A stretch of DNA of 64,000 bases. It comes from Sphagnum compactum (Eukaryota). Positions 52,801 to 64,000 of this stretch are shown one piece after another. The first letter of the stretch is position 1; the number at the start of each line of letters is the position of its first letter. The stretch is taken from NCBI GenBank assembly GCA_965153455.1, contig OZ234493.1:5270001-5334000 (forward strand), given 5' to 3'. The position numbers and the translations under genes were made by a program. The notes beneath the pieces were generated by a model. It did no database searches. It was not told where the DNA came from and was given only the letters and a program-made list of their open reading frames with translations.

Positions 52801-55800
52801 CACATTCCAACTGCTGCCAAGCTGCTGTACTCAGGATTATCTCCTACTGGATTGATGTCCAAACAGGAAATTTCATACTCCAATTGAGCATGTTTGACCT
52901 CTGTCAAAGTGCCTTGCCCTATTTCAATGTAGACCAGATTCCCCCCTCCCGTTGCAAGCAGGACCTGTTTAGGAAGACAAGACTATTAAGACATGAACAG
53001 GGGAGGCCAAATGTTCTCGCGTCATGCTTCCAAAAAATACAAGATCTGCTCCTCACACAACCATGATCCTTTTGTGCAGAGAAATGGAGAAAGGGTTCCA
53101 GATCTTCATGGGACACAACTACTAGTGGAAAAATCATCTATGGTAGTGTGTTCGTAAAAATGGAAGATACCTGGGAAGCATTGGCAGTAGAAACATTGAT
53201 AGAAATCCCAGAGGGTGCTTTCCACTCATTCAACTGCCTCCGAGATTTTGCATCCACCAATCGAAGTGTACTTGCTGTGACCTAAGCACACAAACCCCCC
53301 AATTGCAGTATGTAACTTCATAGAATTAGGAATTTTAACAATGATATTCCAAGCATCAATCTGCAATTCACACTTATTTTACACAATCAAAGTACCATGT
53401 GCTATATTACAAACATAACTCCCCAAATGGTAGTTTGGAGAATTAACATCATTAGCCCTGACACAGTGCTGCAAATAAAGTTGTTTGGCCTTCATGAGGT
53501 TTCAGTGGGAGGATCCAAAGGTTATTACTCTGACCTGTACAAGTTGATCGTGAATTGCATTGTGACAGAAAAGTGTCTGTGCGTCAGAATCAAAACCGTC
53601 AATCTCAGTCTCTTCTAGCTCATCATCAGCATTCATAGCCAGAATGCGCGTCTCACTAATGAAGCTGACAACCAGAAATGTGTCAAATGTGTCAGTTGAT
53701 GATGCTCGTAATGACCATATGCCTTTGATTCCTTGTAGCTCTGCTGATGCCTGCAAGTACCAACCTTAAAGCCAGTTGAGTACGACTAAAGCAGAACAAA
53801 CTTCACACTTCCAGAACTCATTTCAATGTGAAATTACTGCACAACATCTGCAACACATCATCAAATAGCTCACAAAAAGAACATGGTGGTTTTAGTAGAA
53901 CAGTAGGGGAAATAAATGAAACAACCTGTTCATTGATACCAATGCCATTTCGAACAATACGAAGAGAGCCATCCTTGAAAGCACCAGAGCAAGTTACTAC
54001 TTGACCTTGACCTTGACGCTCTAGGTCAACAACACACAAGTCCACAATGGGCCCCAGGTTCACAAAGCTTTCCAAGACCTCCACATATGAGCCCTTGGCA
54101 TCAGCTTGAGAGTTCAGCTTAATCAGCTGCAGAACCGAGCACAAATGTGAGACAGTAAATGTGGCATCACAGTCAGAACAAATGAAAAGATCACTTAGGA
54201 AAATAGAAGACTGACTGCTTTCCTGCTGCCAATTACAAAAGGTTCACTCTTGGAATGTACAAGACAAGACACAAAACCTCCCCCATTTGAGTGAGAGTTT
54301 GCAGAACCTCTAGACTAAATTGACAAAAGATAAACCCCACACTGTTCTCTAAGGCAACTTTACTCAGGCTTCCAAACTCAGAGCATGCCCATCAATTCAT
54401 TTGTGAGATAACTATCAATCATCCTGGCTTCAGGCATGAGCATGATGAACTTGGAAGTCACCATAGCTGGAACCAACATAAACAAATGAATTGTCCCAAT
54501 AAGCCGGATGAAACCTTCGGCAAGCAATTACAAAAAACAACAGTTGTTAGACTACAACTTATAATACAGACCCTAAACTGCCCATAATCTGGACCAACAC
54601 AAAATTACAAACCTGAGAATCACCATAACTGGAGCCAATGTAAACAACCCCATTGTCAAGATAAGACAGTGATGAAGCAGCTGATGTCTCCCCAAGTGCC
54701 TCCACTTTTAGTCCCAAGACCCTGTACAGAAGACCACAATCTCTAAGGTAAGCTCAGGCTACCAAATGCTTGAAACAGGATCTCATTCCTCAACAACCAC
54801 AACAAAACATAGGAATGGAACACAGCAGAGATACTTACCGCTCCTTGTCATGAGTGATGACAAGAAGATACAACATGCCATTGTGGTCACTCAGCAGGTA
54901 GCGAGATCCATCAGCATCCACTCTCCCATAAGCCTTTGTAATTGACTGTATCTCCACCGATCATTTCTCCACATTAGAAGCAGAAAAAAGACCCAAGAGA
55001 ACAAACCAAATGCAGAGTACAGACAACTCTCTTCAAATTTTATATCCTAGTTAAATCTCAAACTATGCAGCCATATATGGCATCAGCTGGAATGTGGTTT
55101 CCCAGTTTTGGTGAATCGGTATAGATCAATTGTTGCAAGTATTAGATAATGACTACAAAACTGTCACACCTCTTACCTATTTGTTCAACAAATTACTAGA
55201 TTGACATGTCTGGCAAATGCAAAATAATCACAACTGAAAACACAGCCTGTACCTTTCTAAGGAATACACAAAAGAGTCACAGACATGCAGCACAGCCAAG
55301 GCTATCTATGTTTTCTCCTGTGTAAGCAAAGAAATCGTGACATGTGGGGAGAGTTAGATCAAGAATAGGTACCGGCCGGATCGGGATAGCTTTGAAGACA
55401 GAACCATTATAGTAGACAATAGTTTGCTCCCCAATAATAATGGCTCCACCTAGTGGGAGTGGGACAGGAATCAACAGGCCTGCACCATTATCAAGATTGT
55501 TTTGCAACCATGGTCCCTCTCCAAAGTCTTTTTCCTTCATCTGCACCTCATAAGTCTTCACATGCCGTGCATCCTTGTTATCCTGCTCCAAACCAGCAGC
55601 CATGCCCCACATGAAATAGGGAATGAAACTATTGAGTCATGGTGCTGACAAGATTCTGCTTGCTGTAGCCTTCTGTCCATAGACCAATAGTCACTATCTA
55701 CCAGTCCCAAGCTCAGACTGTATCAAGCACCCATGTGGCATAGCATAAAATTCAGATTAAGTGACCACATCTACCAAAAGACTGCATTACCTTTTAAGGC

Positions 55801-58309
55801 ACAGTAGCTTCAACAAAACAAGAAACAATGCGATAAGCAATGAAAAAAGCAGGCAAACCTGGTAGAGAACTGCAATGGTAGGTTTGGAGCATCCATATAG
55901 AAATTTGATGTCCAGCACCTGCAGTTCTTCTAGCCTGCAAAGAAAAGAAATAGTAATGTTGCAGAAAATTTGACCAAGAAATTTGTGTGAGCTAGACAAA
56001 AACACATAGGATTGGAAACAAAAGTGGAAACCTGCTACCTGATATACTGGAAATGTACTATCAAGGAGAATTAGACAAGTGAGACTGCCAAATTGTCTAC
56101 TCCAACACCCTCTTTACTAGTTATTGACTTGCTAGAGCTCCAAGGCACAAATGAAAGAGAGTGCTCTACCTGATATTGAACGCCTCCTTCAGCTGGCCTT
56201 TACTGTCAATCGGAATGACCTGAAGTTGAGCCCAAGTAACAACTTGTGGTTATCATGCAAGGCCAGATTTGCACATGATGATCATCACTAGAACAACAAT
56301 TGATTTAAATGGTGTTAACTTAGTGAAAGGACTCCTCCAAGTGAGCTCCACATGTAGCCACATCTCAAGATAACCACATTACCTTGTATGTGGCACCAAC
56401 ACCTTTAAAGTTCTCCACCCCACCCCACCATAGACCAGCAAGCTCAAAGCTGGTGAACAAATGCATATTACATGGAGTCAGGAATGAGAAAACATACCTT
56501 GAAAAGGCCATCATAAAGATGGAGGCCTATAAGCCGGCAATCTGGATCCACAATGCCAATCTGGGAAGAGGCAAAAATATTCAAAGGGCCTTGTTATATG
56601 AAGGAACACCTAACTTCTTGAAATAGAATTTATGAATGGCTTCTCTTGATGCTAATTTCAGACAACAATACCCTAGATCCTAACTTGAGAACTTTTTTTC
56701 TTCATTCCTGTCCTTGGAGATCCTGCATGCTGACGCATTGAATTCAGAGTAAAATGATGGATGCTTTATCTCAAGCAACATTGTACATCTACAAGTCCTA
56801 CCTGTTGAGCTGCTGCAACCTGCTGGAACAATGTAAATGGACGTCCTACTGAGTGAAATCTGCAGATTCAAATATTTGCTTGATATACCTGCCCATTATC
56901 TGTTGGCCGACCAATCTTGTCAGATACATCTCCCATTGCTCTGCAGACAAGAATCCGCCAACACACAGGTTACTAACTCCAAGTTTCAACTCTTTCCCTC
57001 CCAAAGAAAAGCAGCATTCTACTGATAGCAAACTTACCGTGTCACCAGTGAACTCGTTTCTGCATCCCATTGAAGGACGCAAAACTTGTACCTCTCAAAA
57101 GATAGAAAGAGCAAATCCTGTGAATCCCCCTGATATCTCACATCATAGCATTGTCAGTGATCAGTGAAAGTACCCTGCACAACTTTTGCCTCTTTCCTCA
57201 TAAGGTTTGAATTGCTTGTAGAGACCTGGTAGGGGAGAAAAATCTAAAACCTACATAATAAAATGTAGCAGTATTTCTCTTCATTTAACCAAATGCCACA
57301 AAAGAAAATCCAGGAGGGCCAACATGCAAAGAGACTTCTATACTGTTAAGGCATGCACTCAGGAGCTACTTAGGCCTGCCTCTGTTACTGTAGACCCCCC
57401 GGATATCCAGAAAAATACTTCAAGTCTTTGAAAGGAATGAGAGTAAACTCACCGGAGGTCGGAATAGCTCGAGGGTGGCAATCCGGCCATAAATCGGCAC
57501 ATCAAGCATGGGCTACAGATTACAGATACTGAAGGTCAGAACATAACACAACAGTGGTACAATGCTGTTTCACTGCATGCCAAGGCTGCCAGGAGCTAGT
57601 TCTGAAGCTTTCACCAAAACTAAAGAGAGACTAAATGGAACAGTAGACCTTTTTCTTCTGATGGAGAAAATGTGCACCAAGCATCTCAAGCCTTATTAGA
57701 TGATGATTGACCTGCACTGAGAGAGTAGGGTGATGATAATGAAGTTCTTCAAAAAACTCGCAGGTGCAGTAGTCACCACTTCATTCTTTATCCTTTTGAT
57801 CCTCCAGCCTACAATTCATACTCTTCATTTACAACTAATTCAACAAATGACACTCTCCCTCTCTCTTCGTTTACCTGAAGACCTGCAGCCGTGAGCAGAT
57901 GAATCTCAATTCGCGTGCATTTTCTGAAACCTGAGGGTCAAGGATATCTTGCTAGCCAAAGAAACTGGAAATTTACTTCAACAGAACAACAACGTCTTCC
58001 TGCGACGCAAGGGCACAAAACCAGGAGTCCGGATATGCTCTTTAGCATGAAAAATCTGTTAGGTCTAACTCCTAAAATGTGACACAAAACGAAGGATCCG
58101 GCAAGAAAACCGGGCAATTTTAGGCTGCTAAAGAAGGAAAGCGCATAACCATAAAGGAAACCAAAACAAAACAAAGGAATCGTAGTAGTAGTGTGAGTAG
58201 GATACGCGATGATGAGGTTGAGCTCCTGAGGGTTTGTGAAGTTGCCGACACAGGAGTGAGTCACATTGGTGGGCTTGTGCGCCGTCACCACATAATTCCA
58301 ACCGCTCAT
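49896..58309 (-). CDS. DDB1: DNA damage-binding protein 1 (CUL4 E3 ligase adaptor), 1091 aa, 19 exons
   Basis: Exons 58309-58206, 57923-57875, 57512-57453, 57129-57038, 56940-56889, 56560-56498, 56219-56170, 55934-55859, 55582-55373, 54945-54839, 54721-54613, 54126-53926, 53750-53535, 53281-53171, 52964-52689, 52316-52042, 51824-51467, 51226-50942, 50477-49896. Sum is 3276 nt. [14 protein letters not shown] start and VEELTRLH end are typical of plant DDB1. Confidence 0.97.
57924..58205 (-). other. U12-type (minor spliceosome) GT-AG intron, DDB1 intron 1
   Basis: 5' splice site GTATCCT. Branch TCCTTGAC (57944-57937) with the A 14 nt from the 3' splice site. No polypyrimidine tract. Confidence 0.88.
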
Positions 58310-58559
58310 CTCTTCCCACAGCTTCAGTAAACCCCTTGCTCTCTTCCTTTCACGATCCTTTTCTTGCGAAAATCAGTTACAAAATCGCCCCGAAGCTTTG
58401 CAAAATCAGCTGCCAAACCGCCGCAGTACGCACTACTGCAAGCACAACACCACGACGACGCGACGACGCAGTTCGAGAGGAATTGACGGCAGCATCGCCA
58501 GCAAAATAAGCCGGCTATCTTTGCCCTACATCCGTTTGGCCTCTCGCCCGAACGATGGC

Positions 58560-58985
58560 CCTGTTACTGCTCACACGGAGTAGCCGTATCGCTGACTGTT
58601 CGAAGAGAGCGGCCCTGTCACTGTTCACTCACAATGGCCGTGTCGCTCGCTGTTCACACACACCGGGCGTGTCACTGTTCACACAGATGCCTTAACACTA
58701 ATTGTTCAAACACACCGGCCGTGTCACCGTACACACACACTGGCCTTAACACTCATTGTTCACACACACCGGCCGAATCACCATTCACACACAATGGCCT
58801 TCACAATCATGTTCACAACCGGCGGTGTCACCATTCACACATAATGGCCTTAACAATCATTGTTCACACACACCGGCCGTGTCACCGTTCACACACAATG
58901 GCCTTAACACTCACTGTTCACAAACAACGGCCTTAACACTCACTGTTCACAAACAACGGCCTTGTCACTCACTGTTCACACACGA
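58560..58985. repeat. ~53-bp tandem repeat (two related halves) in the DDB1 upstream region
   Basis: tgttcacacacaccggccgtgtcacc / gttcacacacaatggccttaacac repeated at ~58651, 58703, 58757, 58810 and 58861. Confidence 0.9.
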
Positions 58986-61402
58986 ATTTTATTTTCTTTA
59001 TTTTTCTTTGGTTCTGTCCGGACATCAAATCAGCTTTCCCTTTTCGAAACTATAATGCAGGGTGAATGCGAGTAGGACAAAAGATTCGGCCGGCCTCTGA
59101 TGTGGCGATGAGAGATCCAGACTTGGCGCTCCCAAAAGCCTGCTCTTAGAACACCATTTGAAGAAAAGTAAGTTAGCATTTTCAATGTGAAAACAATACC
59201 TATATATATACATTAGAATTCCACCATTTGAAAATCAGTAGCATGTTTGATGCAAAACAATTATTTACACATTTAAATTTTAGAACAAGATTTGAAAATA
59301 ATAACCTTTGCCTCATGTCAACTTCCACATAGAGGAAATGAACATTTGAGAAAAATGCATTGCTAATTTTGAAATCATTAATATTATTATTATGACACAA
59401 ATGGACAACAGCATTGCAAGAAGAAAAGCACATCATATTTTTGGGGGTCTTTCAGAATAGTTTAATAATATTTTCATATTAATATTCAAATCATCCATAT
59501 TGTAGCCACCATAATTATGTTGGTTTTCATCATCTCAACATCATATTTTCCCAAAAAAATAATTTAAATATTTGAAGGATTGTTTATAAATGAAATTGGC
59601 CTAGGGTAAAATAGCATTTTCAATGGAGAAAAACAACAATGGTGTACATTGGTAGCTTCAACACAAATCAGGTTATTTTTAGGAATGCCAAGGTTTCACA
59701 ATATATTTTTTTTTAACAATTTTTTAAAAATGAAACAAATTGGAATGTTATTCATCTTTATCATATTATTCATAATGACACCTTGATGAAAGTTGCAATT
59801 TTTTGGTGTTTTAATCGTCAACAAAAAGGTGTCTACAAATGGTATATGTGTGATTGACAAGGGGACTACTAATGTAAATGTGCCAAAATCATCTAATAGG
59901 GTCAATAATTTTTCATCTAGTATGTTATTGGAATTAGCATTCATGTGTAATTACAATACATGATGTTGGTAATTGGTTCATAATCAATGGATTAATGGAT
60001 TTAAACAATTTTGAAAAAACACAATTTTTGCAACTTTGTTTTCAATTAGGTTTTCCATTTGCAAATGTCATGTGCAATTAAATTACAATTCAAATGTATT
60101 TTTAACAACCATCCACCAAATAGGTTGATGACAATAAATTGCAAACAACACCTAGTTGCAAATAGTAAGTTTGAACCAAATTTACTATTATAATCAAAAC
60201 ATGTTCTTAATTACAAATAGTTGAATAGATGAATAAACGTTGTCCAAGCTTAGGTGTCAAATCATACACACCCATGCCATAACGATGAACACTTTGATTT
60301 ACCATAACTTGCCACACAATTGAATCATGGTAAAATGACATTATTTAATGTTTTCAAATATTTTAAACTTGTCAAATCAAATGATTTCATGTGGTTGTGA
60401 TGTATGTATGCATGTGTCACACATGTCTATATGTTGACCACTATAATCAAAATGTAAATTCAAATGTAATCAGCAAAAGTTGTAATATAATAAACTTGTA
60501 ATTGAACTAAAGTTAAAATATATGTATCTTTTTCAATTATGGAATCAAACATCTAACTCTACAAAATGTAGATTTGTATTTGTACATGTGTGAAAATGGA
60601 GTTATAACTAAACAAATTGAGATTTAAAAAATTTATAAAAGTTGGAAAATAGATGAATTTTGATTGCAAAATAGATATTACAATTTTGAAATATGACTAA
60701 GTTGTTGGATATTTAGTCATAACAAAATGAACAAATAACTAAATAATTATAAGTTGTAAAGCACGTAATAGTAAAATATATTATGAACTTAGAACCCTCA
60801 AACACATTTACCAGTACTAATGTCACTTAACATTCTAATTAACAAGTTTACATGGCACGGTCCAATAATGTACCCAATACATCCAAGAAGCATTCATGGG
60901 GCAAGTACTTGACTTTGTGTATCACAAACAAGCAAATGTTCCCATCTACAATCTCCTTAAAAGCTACCAAAAAATTATGTCATCGTCAATTGGAGCACCC
61001 TGGAAAATATCAACATTTGGAAATCCATATTCCTGTCATTTGTATTGTATCATCAATATCCAACAACACCACCTCTTGGCCTATGTCATACTAAAACCCC
61101 CAATAATGCACATATCGTGAACATTAGTAATTATAAAAGGACATGAACTTTTTAAAATTTCAACCCAAAGCAAAAATTGAGAAGAAGAAAAATCATTGAC
61201 TACAGTACATGCCTTTGTTCGCACTAATGCTTGGGGGGCTCTCATTGGATTTCTTTAAAGTCTTACATTGTTTACATTAATGTAAAAAAGAAATGAAGTC
61301 ATATTTCAATATATATATATATGCCCATTACATATTATTAATACTTGTGAGGTGGATCAACTCCATGATTGGACCAAAAAAATAAGAATGTTCTCCCTAG
61401 TG

Positions 61403-61840
61403 GGGTGCAACCACTCTATTAAAAATCGCACATGTGCCCTTAGACCATTGCTTTATTCTTTTAAAAAATTTAATTTTTTAAATATATATTTCAAAAAAAT
61501 ATTAATTTTAAAATATTATTATGTTAAAGTTTATATTTTTAAAATCCATAAATATGTCATTAAAAAATATTTTTAAATTGTGTTTTTAGTGTCAAAATTT
61601 TTTTAAGTTATTTTTATGCAGCTTTTAAGTAGTGGTTACAAGAGGTTAAATGTCCTTATACATATTTTCACTCATTTTAATCATTCCAAAATTTTATGAC
61701 ATGTACATAATGTATTCATAATAACATTTTATTAAATATATATATTTTAAGCTTTTTTAATTTATTTTTTATAATCCAAAATTTTAAAAATTATGTAATG
61801 GTTACGATTGCTTTTGGTACATGTTAGTATGATTGCACCC
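61403..61840. mobile_element. Possible MITE-like fold-back element
   Basis: Inverted ends gggtgcaacca / tgattgcaccc with further imperfect inverted similarity and a very AT-rich interior. No convincing TSD. Confidence 0.35.
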
Positions 61841-62506
61841 AGTGCATGCATAATTTCTCGTAAATGAAATTATTTTCCAAATGAAAGCATCACAATAAAT
61901 AATCAAATTCATAATGTTTACAATTATTTTTTGTCACAACCATTTGTTTATTGTTATTAATGCCTAACAATGTCATTTTGTTCCTTTTGTTGTTTAATCC
62001 TTCGATCCAAAATCTTATAAGCATAAGAATGCAAATTCGTTGAACATAATTATTTTTTTTCAAGTGAAAACATGGTAAAGTATACACAAAAATAATGTAA
62101 GCAACAAAATATTAAAATCACTATAGATGATTTTATGCTCTCAAATTAATGACGGCCATTTAAAATTGTATCAGATCTTTACACTATGGCATGTTTTGCA
62201 CTTGTAATCTCAAATGACATTCCAAGTAATAATTTCTACATAACCCTTTATACCCCTAGTGTGCACATAACGTGCCTAACATGGACTCAAAACATGCCTA
62301 GGCATGACAAGGTAAAAATAAACGGGGCAAATGGGCAGACTGAAGGAGAAAATCGCAGCAGTACTTTTGTACTGACTGCATTCATTTCCTTTGGCCCGTT
62401 TAATATTTTCGACCTTTTCTCCCTCTTTTAAGTTCCCTTACGAGGGACAATAGACAGGTCTTCTTGGGTCTCCTGACCTAACCGTGTTCAAAATCCGCCT
62501 GCCCAA

Positions 62507-62602
62507 TATGCAAAATCCACACGACCATTGTGCAAAATCCACATGGCCATTGTGCAAAATCCACATGGCCATTGTGCAAAATCCACATGGCCGTTGTGCA
62601 AA
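62507..62602. repeat. 22-bp tandem repeat x~4 (tgtgcaaaatccacatggccat)
   Basis: Copies at ~62509, 62531, 62553 and 62575. Confidence 0.9.
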
Positions 62603-63311
62603 TCATGCATTATGTTAGAGAGCATGCCATTTACAAGCAATTGTGCAAGTCAATGAAAACCATTATGTTATGGAGCTTGCCAGGTACAAGCAATTGTGCC
62701 CATTTTGCTGCCTGCTCAGAAAGTTTGGCTCAACCTACTGAGCTTGCCTGAGTTCCTCTCACAGGCACCTCACCTGGCATAATTGACTGGACCCAGCACA
62801 TTCCATAATACAAAGAAATAAAACAAAGCCAACTAGGAGGGATGGTATCATGGGACTCCAAATGTAAAACACAATTCTCAGCATCTTTGTTTTTCAAATA
62901 AATGAAAAGAAAAAGAAAAATCCTAATGGGAGGTACTCCAAAGATTATTTTTCAACAATTTTCTTTCATTTTTTCAACAAAAAAATTGGGATAACTTTGG
63001 AAAAATGTGTTTTCCTAGTGTGAATTCCACTGATTTTGCTATTTTTTGCCGGACAAATTTACCAAATTTACATATCTATCACAAAATTGAAAAAAGAATC
63101 CTGTAGGTAAGATACTAGGGATGCGTGGGTTTTGGACGGTTATCAGCCAAAAACAAAATGGAGCTACAGGATTGGACAGCCCGTTCTCCTTATCTTATCC
63201 CATCCCTCCCAGTCCCGAACTGCGGATCGAATCCTGCCAGCGACAGATCGCGCTCGGTTGCTGCTGCTGCTGCAGTGGTGTGGTTTGTTGCTCCGCTGAG
63301 GATTGCGAGCG

Positions 63312-64000
63312 ATGGCGGCGGTGAGAGGCGATCATGTGTTGCTGCATACTCGACTGCCGCAGGCTACCATCGCCAGCAGCAACAGAACAACAACAACAAC
63401 AACTGCTGCCGTTTCGGTCTCAAGGCTACTGGAGACTAGTGTAAGTGGGCATCAGAAGAATGTTGGGCAGAGATGGAATTGTGAGAAGTGGCAGCTCAGT
63501 AGTAGTAGTAGTAGTAGTAGTAGAAGTGGTGGTGCATTTGCATTCCAGTCGCGTGCATTTTTGTTGCAGCAGATGGGAAGAGTGCCGGGATCTTGGAGAA
63601 GAGGAGGAGAGCCAGTGGTAACAGCAGGAGGTGTGGTTTTTGCTGTGGCGTCGTCTGGAGGAGACTTCGGACAAGACCCGGAATGGCGTGAGGATGATTA
63701 CATTGTGTTGGGACTGGCACACTGCTTCCGTAAGGACGATCTGGGTAAGTTGAAGGATGTTTTCGTAGTGGAGCCGGTCACGGCAGGGACGCTGGAGTGT
63801 ATGGAGAACGGCGGCGTGACTTGTTATGTGCACACCACGGCCACCACGCTAGGTGTGGCGTTGCAGCGGGATGTCTCTTTGCTTCCGGTGGAGTTCCGAA
63901 ACGCAGAGATCGCCGAAGAGTTCGATTTTCGTGCCAAGTGTGCTTCGCGCACTTGGAAGAGGGATCACCCACAGCAGCATCTCCTTCATCTTGTGCCCAA
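63312..64000 (+). CDS. Putative plastid-targeted protein of unknown function, truncated by the window end
   Basis: Open frame from ATGGCG at 63312 to the window end, absent from the ORF track because it has no stop. S/T/R/A-rich N-terminus of ~110 aa, then a globular-looking region DDYIVLGLAHCFRKDD...VVEPV...ATTLG...EEFDFRAKCASRTWKRDHP. Confidence 0.8.
   Translation, partial: MAAVRGDHVLLHTRLPQATIASSNRTTTTTTAAVSVSRLLETSVSGHQKNVGQRWNCEKWQLSSSSSSSSRSGGAFAFQSRAFLLQQMGRVPGSWRRGGEPVVTAGGVVFAVASSGGDFGQDPEWREDDYIVLGLAHCFRKDDLGKLKDVFVVEPVTAGTLECMENGGVTCYVHTTATTLGVALQRDVSLLPVEFRNAEIAEEFDFRAKCASRTWKRDHPQQHLLHLVP

Noticed and set aside
49907..57167. Plus-strand ORFs over DDB1
   Set aside because: Antisense shadows of DDB1 exons and introns with no independent coding signal.
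58634..59055. His/Thr-rich ORFs
   Set aside because: Translations of the ~53-bp tandem repeat.

Overview
Eukaryotic land-plant DNA, probably a bryophyte such as a Sphagnum-like moss. This is inferred from intron-rich genes, AT-rich decayed repeats, a Tcn1-like chromovirus and a CRE-like LINE. Three complete spliced genes can be built from the sequence: an SF2/ASF-type SR splicing factor (10723-14033, +), a PAM2-containing LARP6 (41686-47388, +) and DDB1 (58309-49896, -, 19 exons, 1091 aa, first intron U12-type). The 5' part of an intronless, probably plastid-targeted gene starts at 63312. Between about 15 and 40 kb lies a transposon nest. A CRE-like non-LTR retrotransposon is split by a Ty3 chromovirus, which is itself split by a CACTA element, and by a second CACTA. 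A third CACTA and an orphan 140-aa ORF with its own repeat arrays lie nearby. A small Helitron and a solo LTR lie at 5-7 kb. I found no unmistakable new biological system. The best leads are a spliced non-AUG uORF in the SR leader, a phase-compatible duplicate exon in DDB1 intron 11, twin candidate poison exons in LARP6, and the orphan ORF cassette. All coordinates were read by eye and no searches were run.
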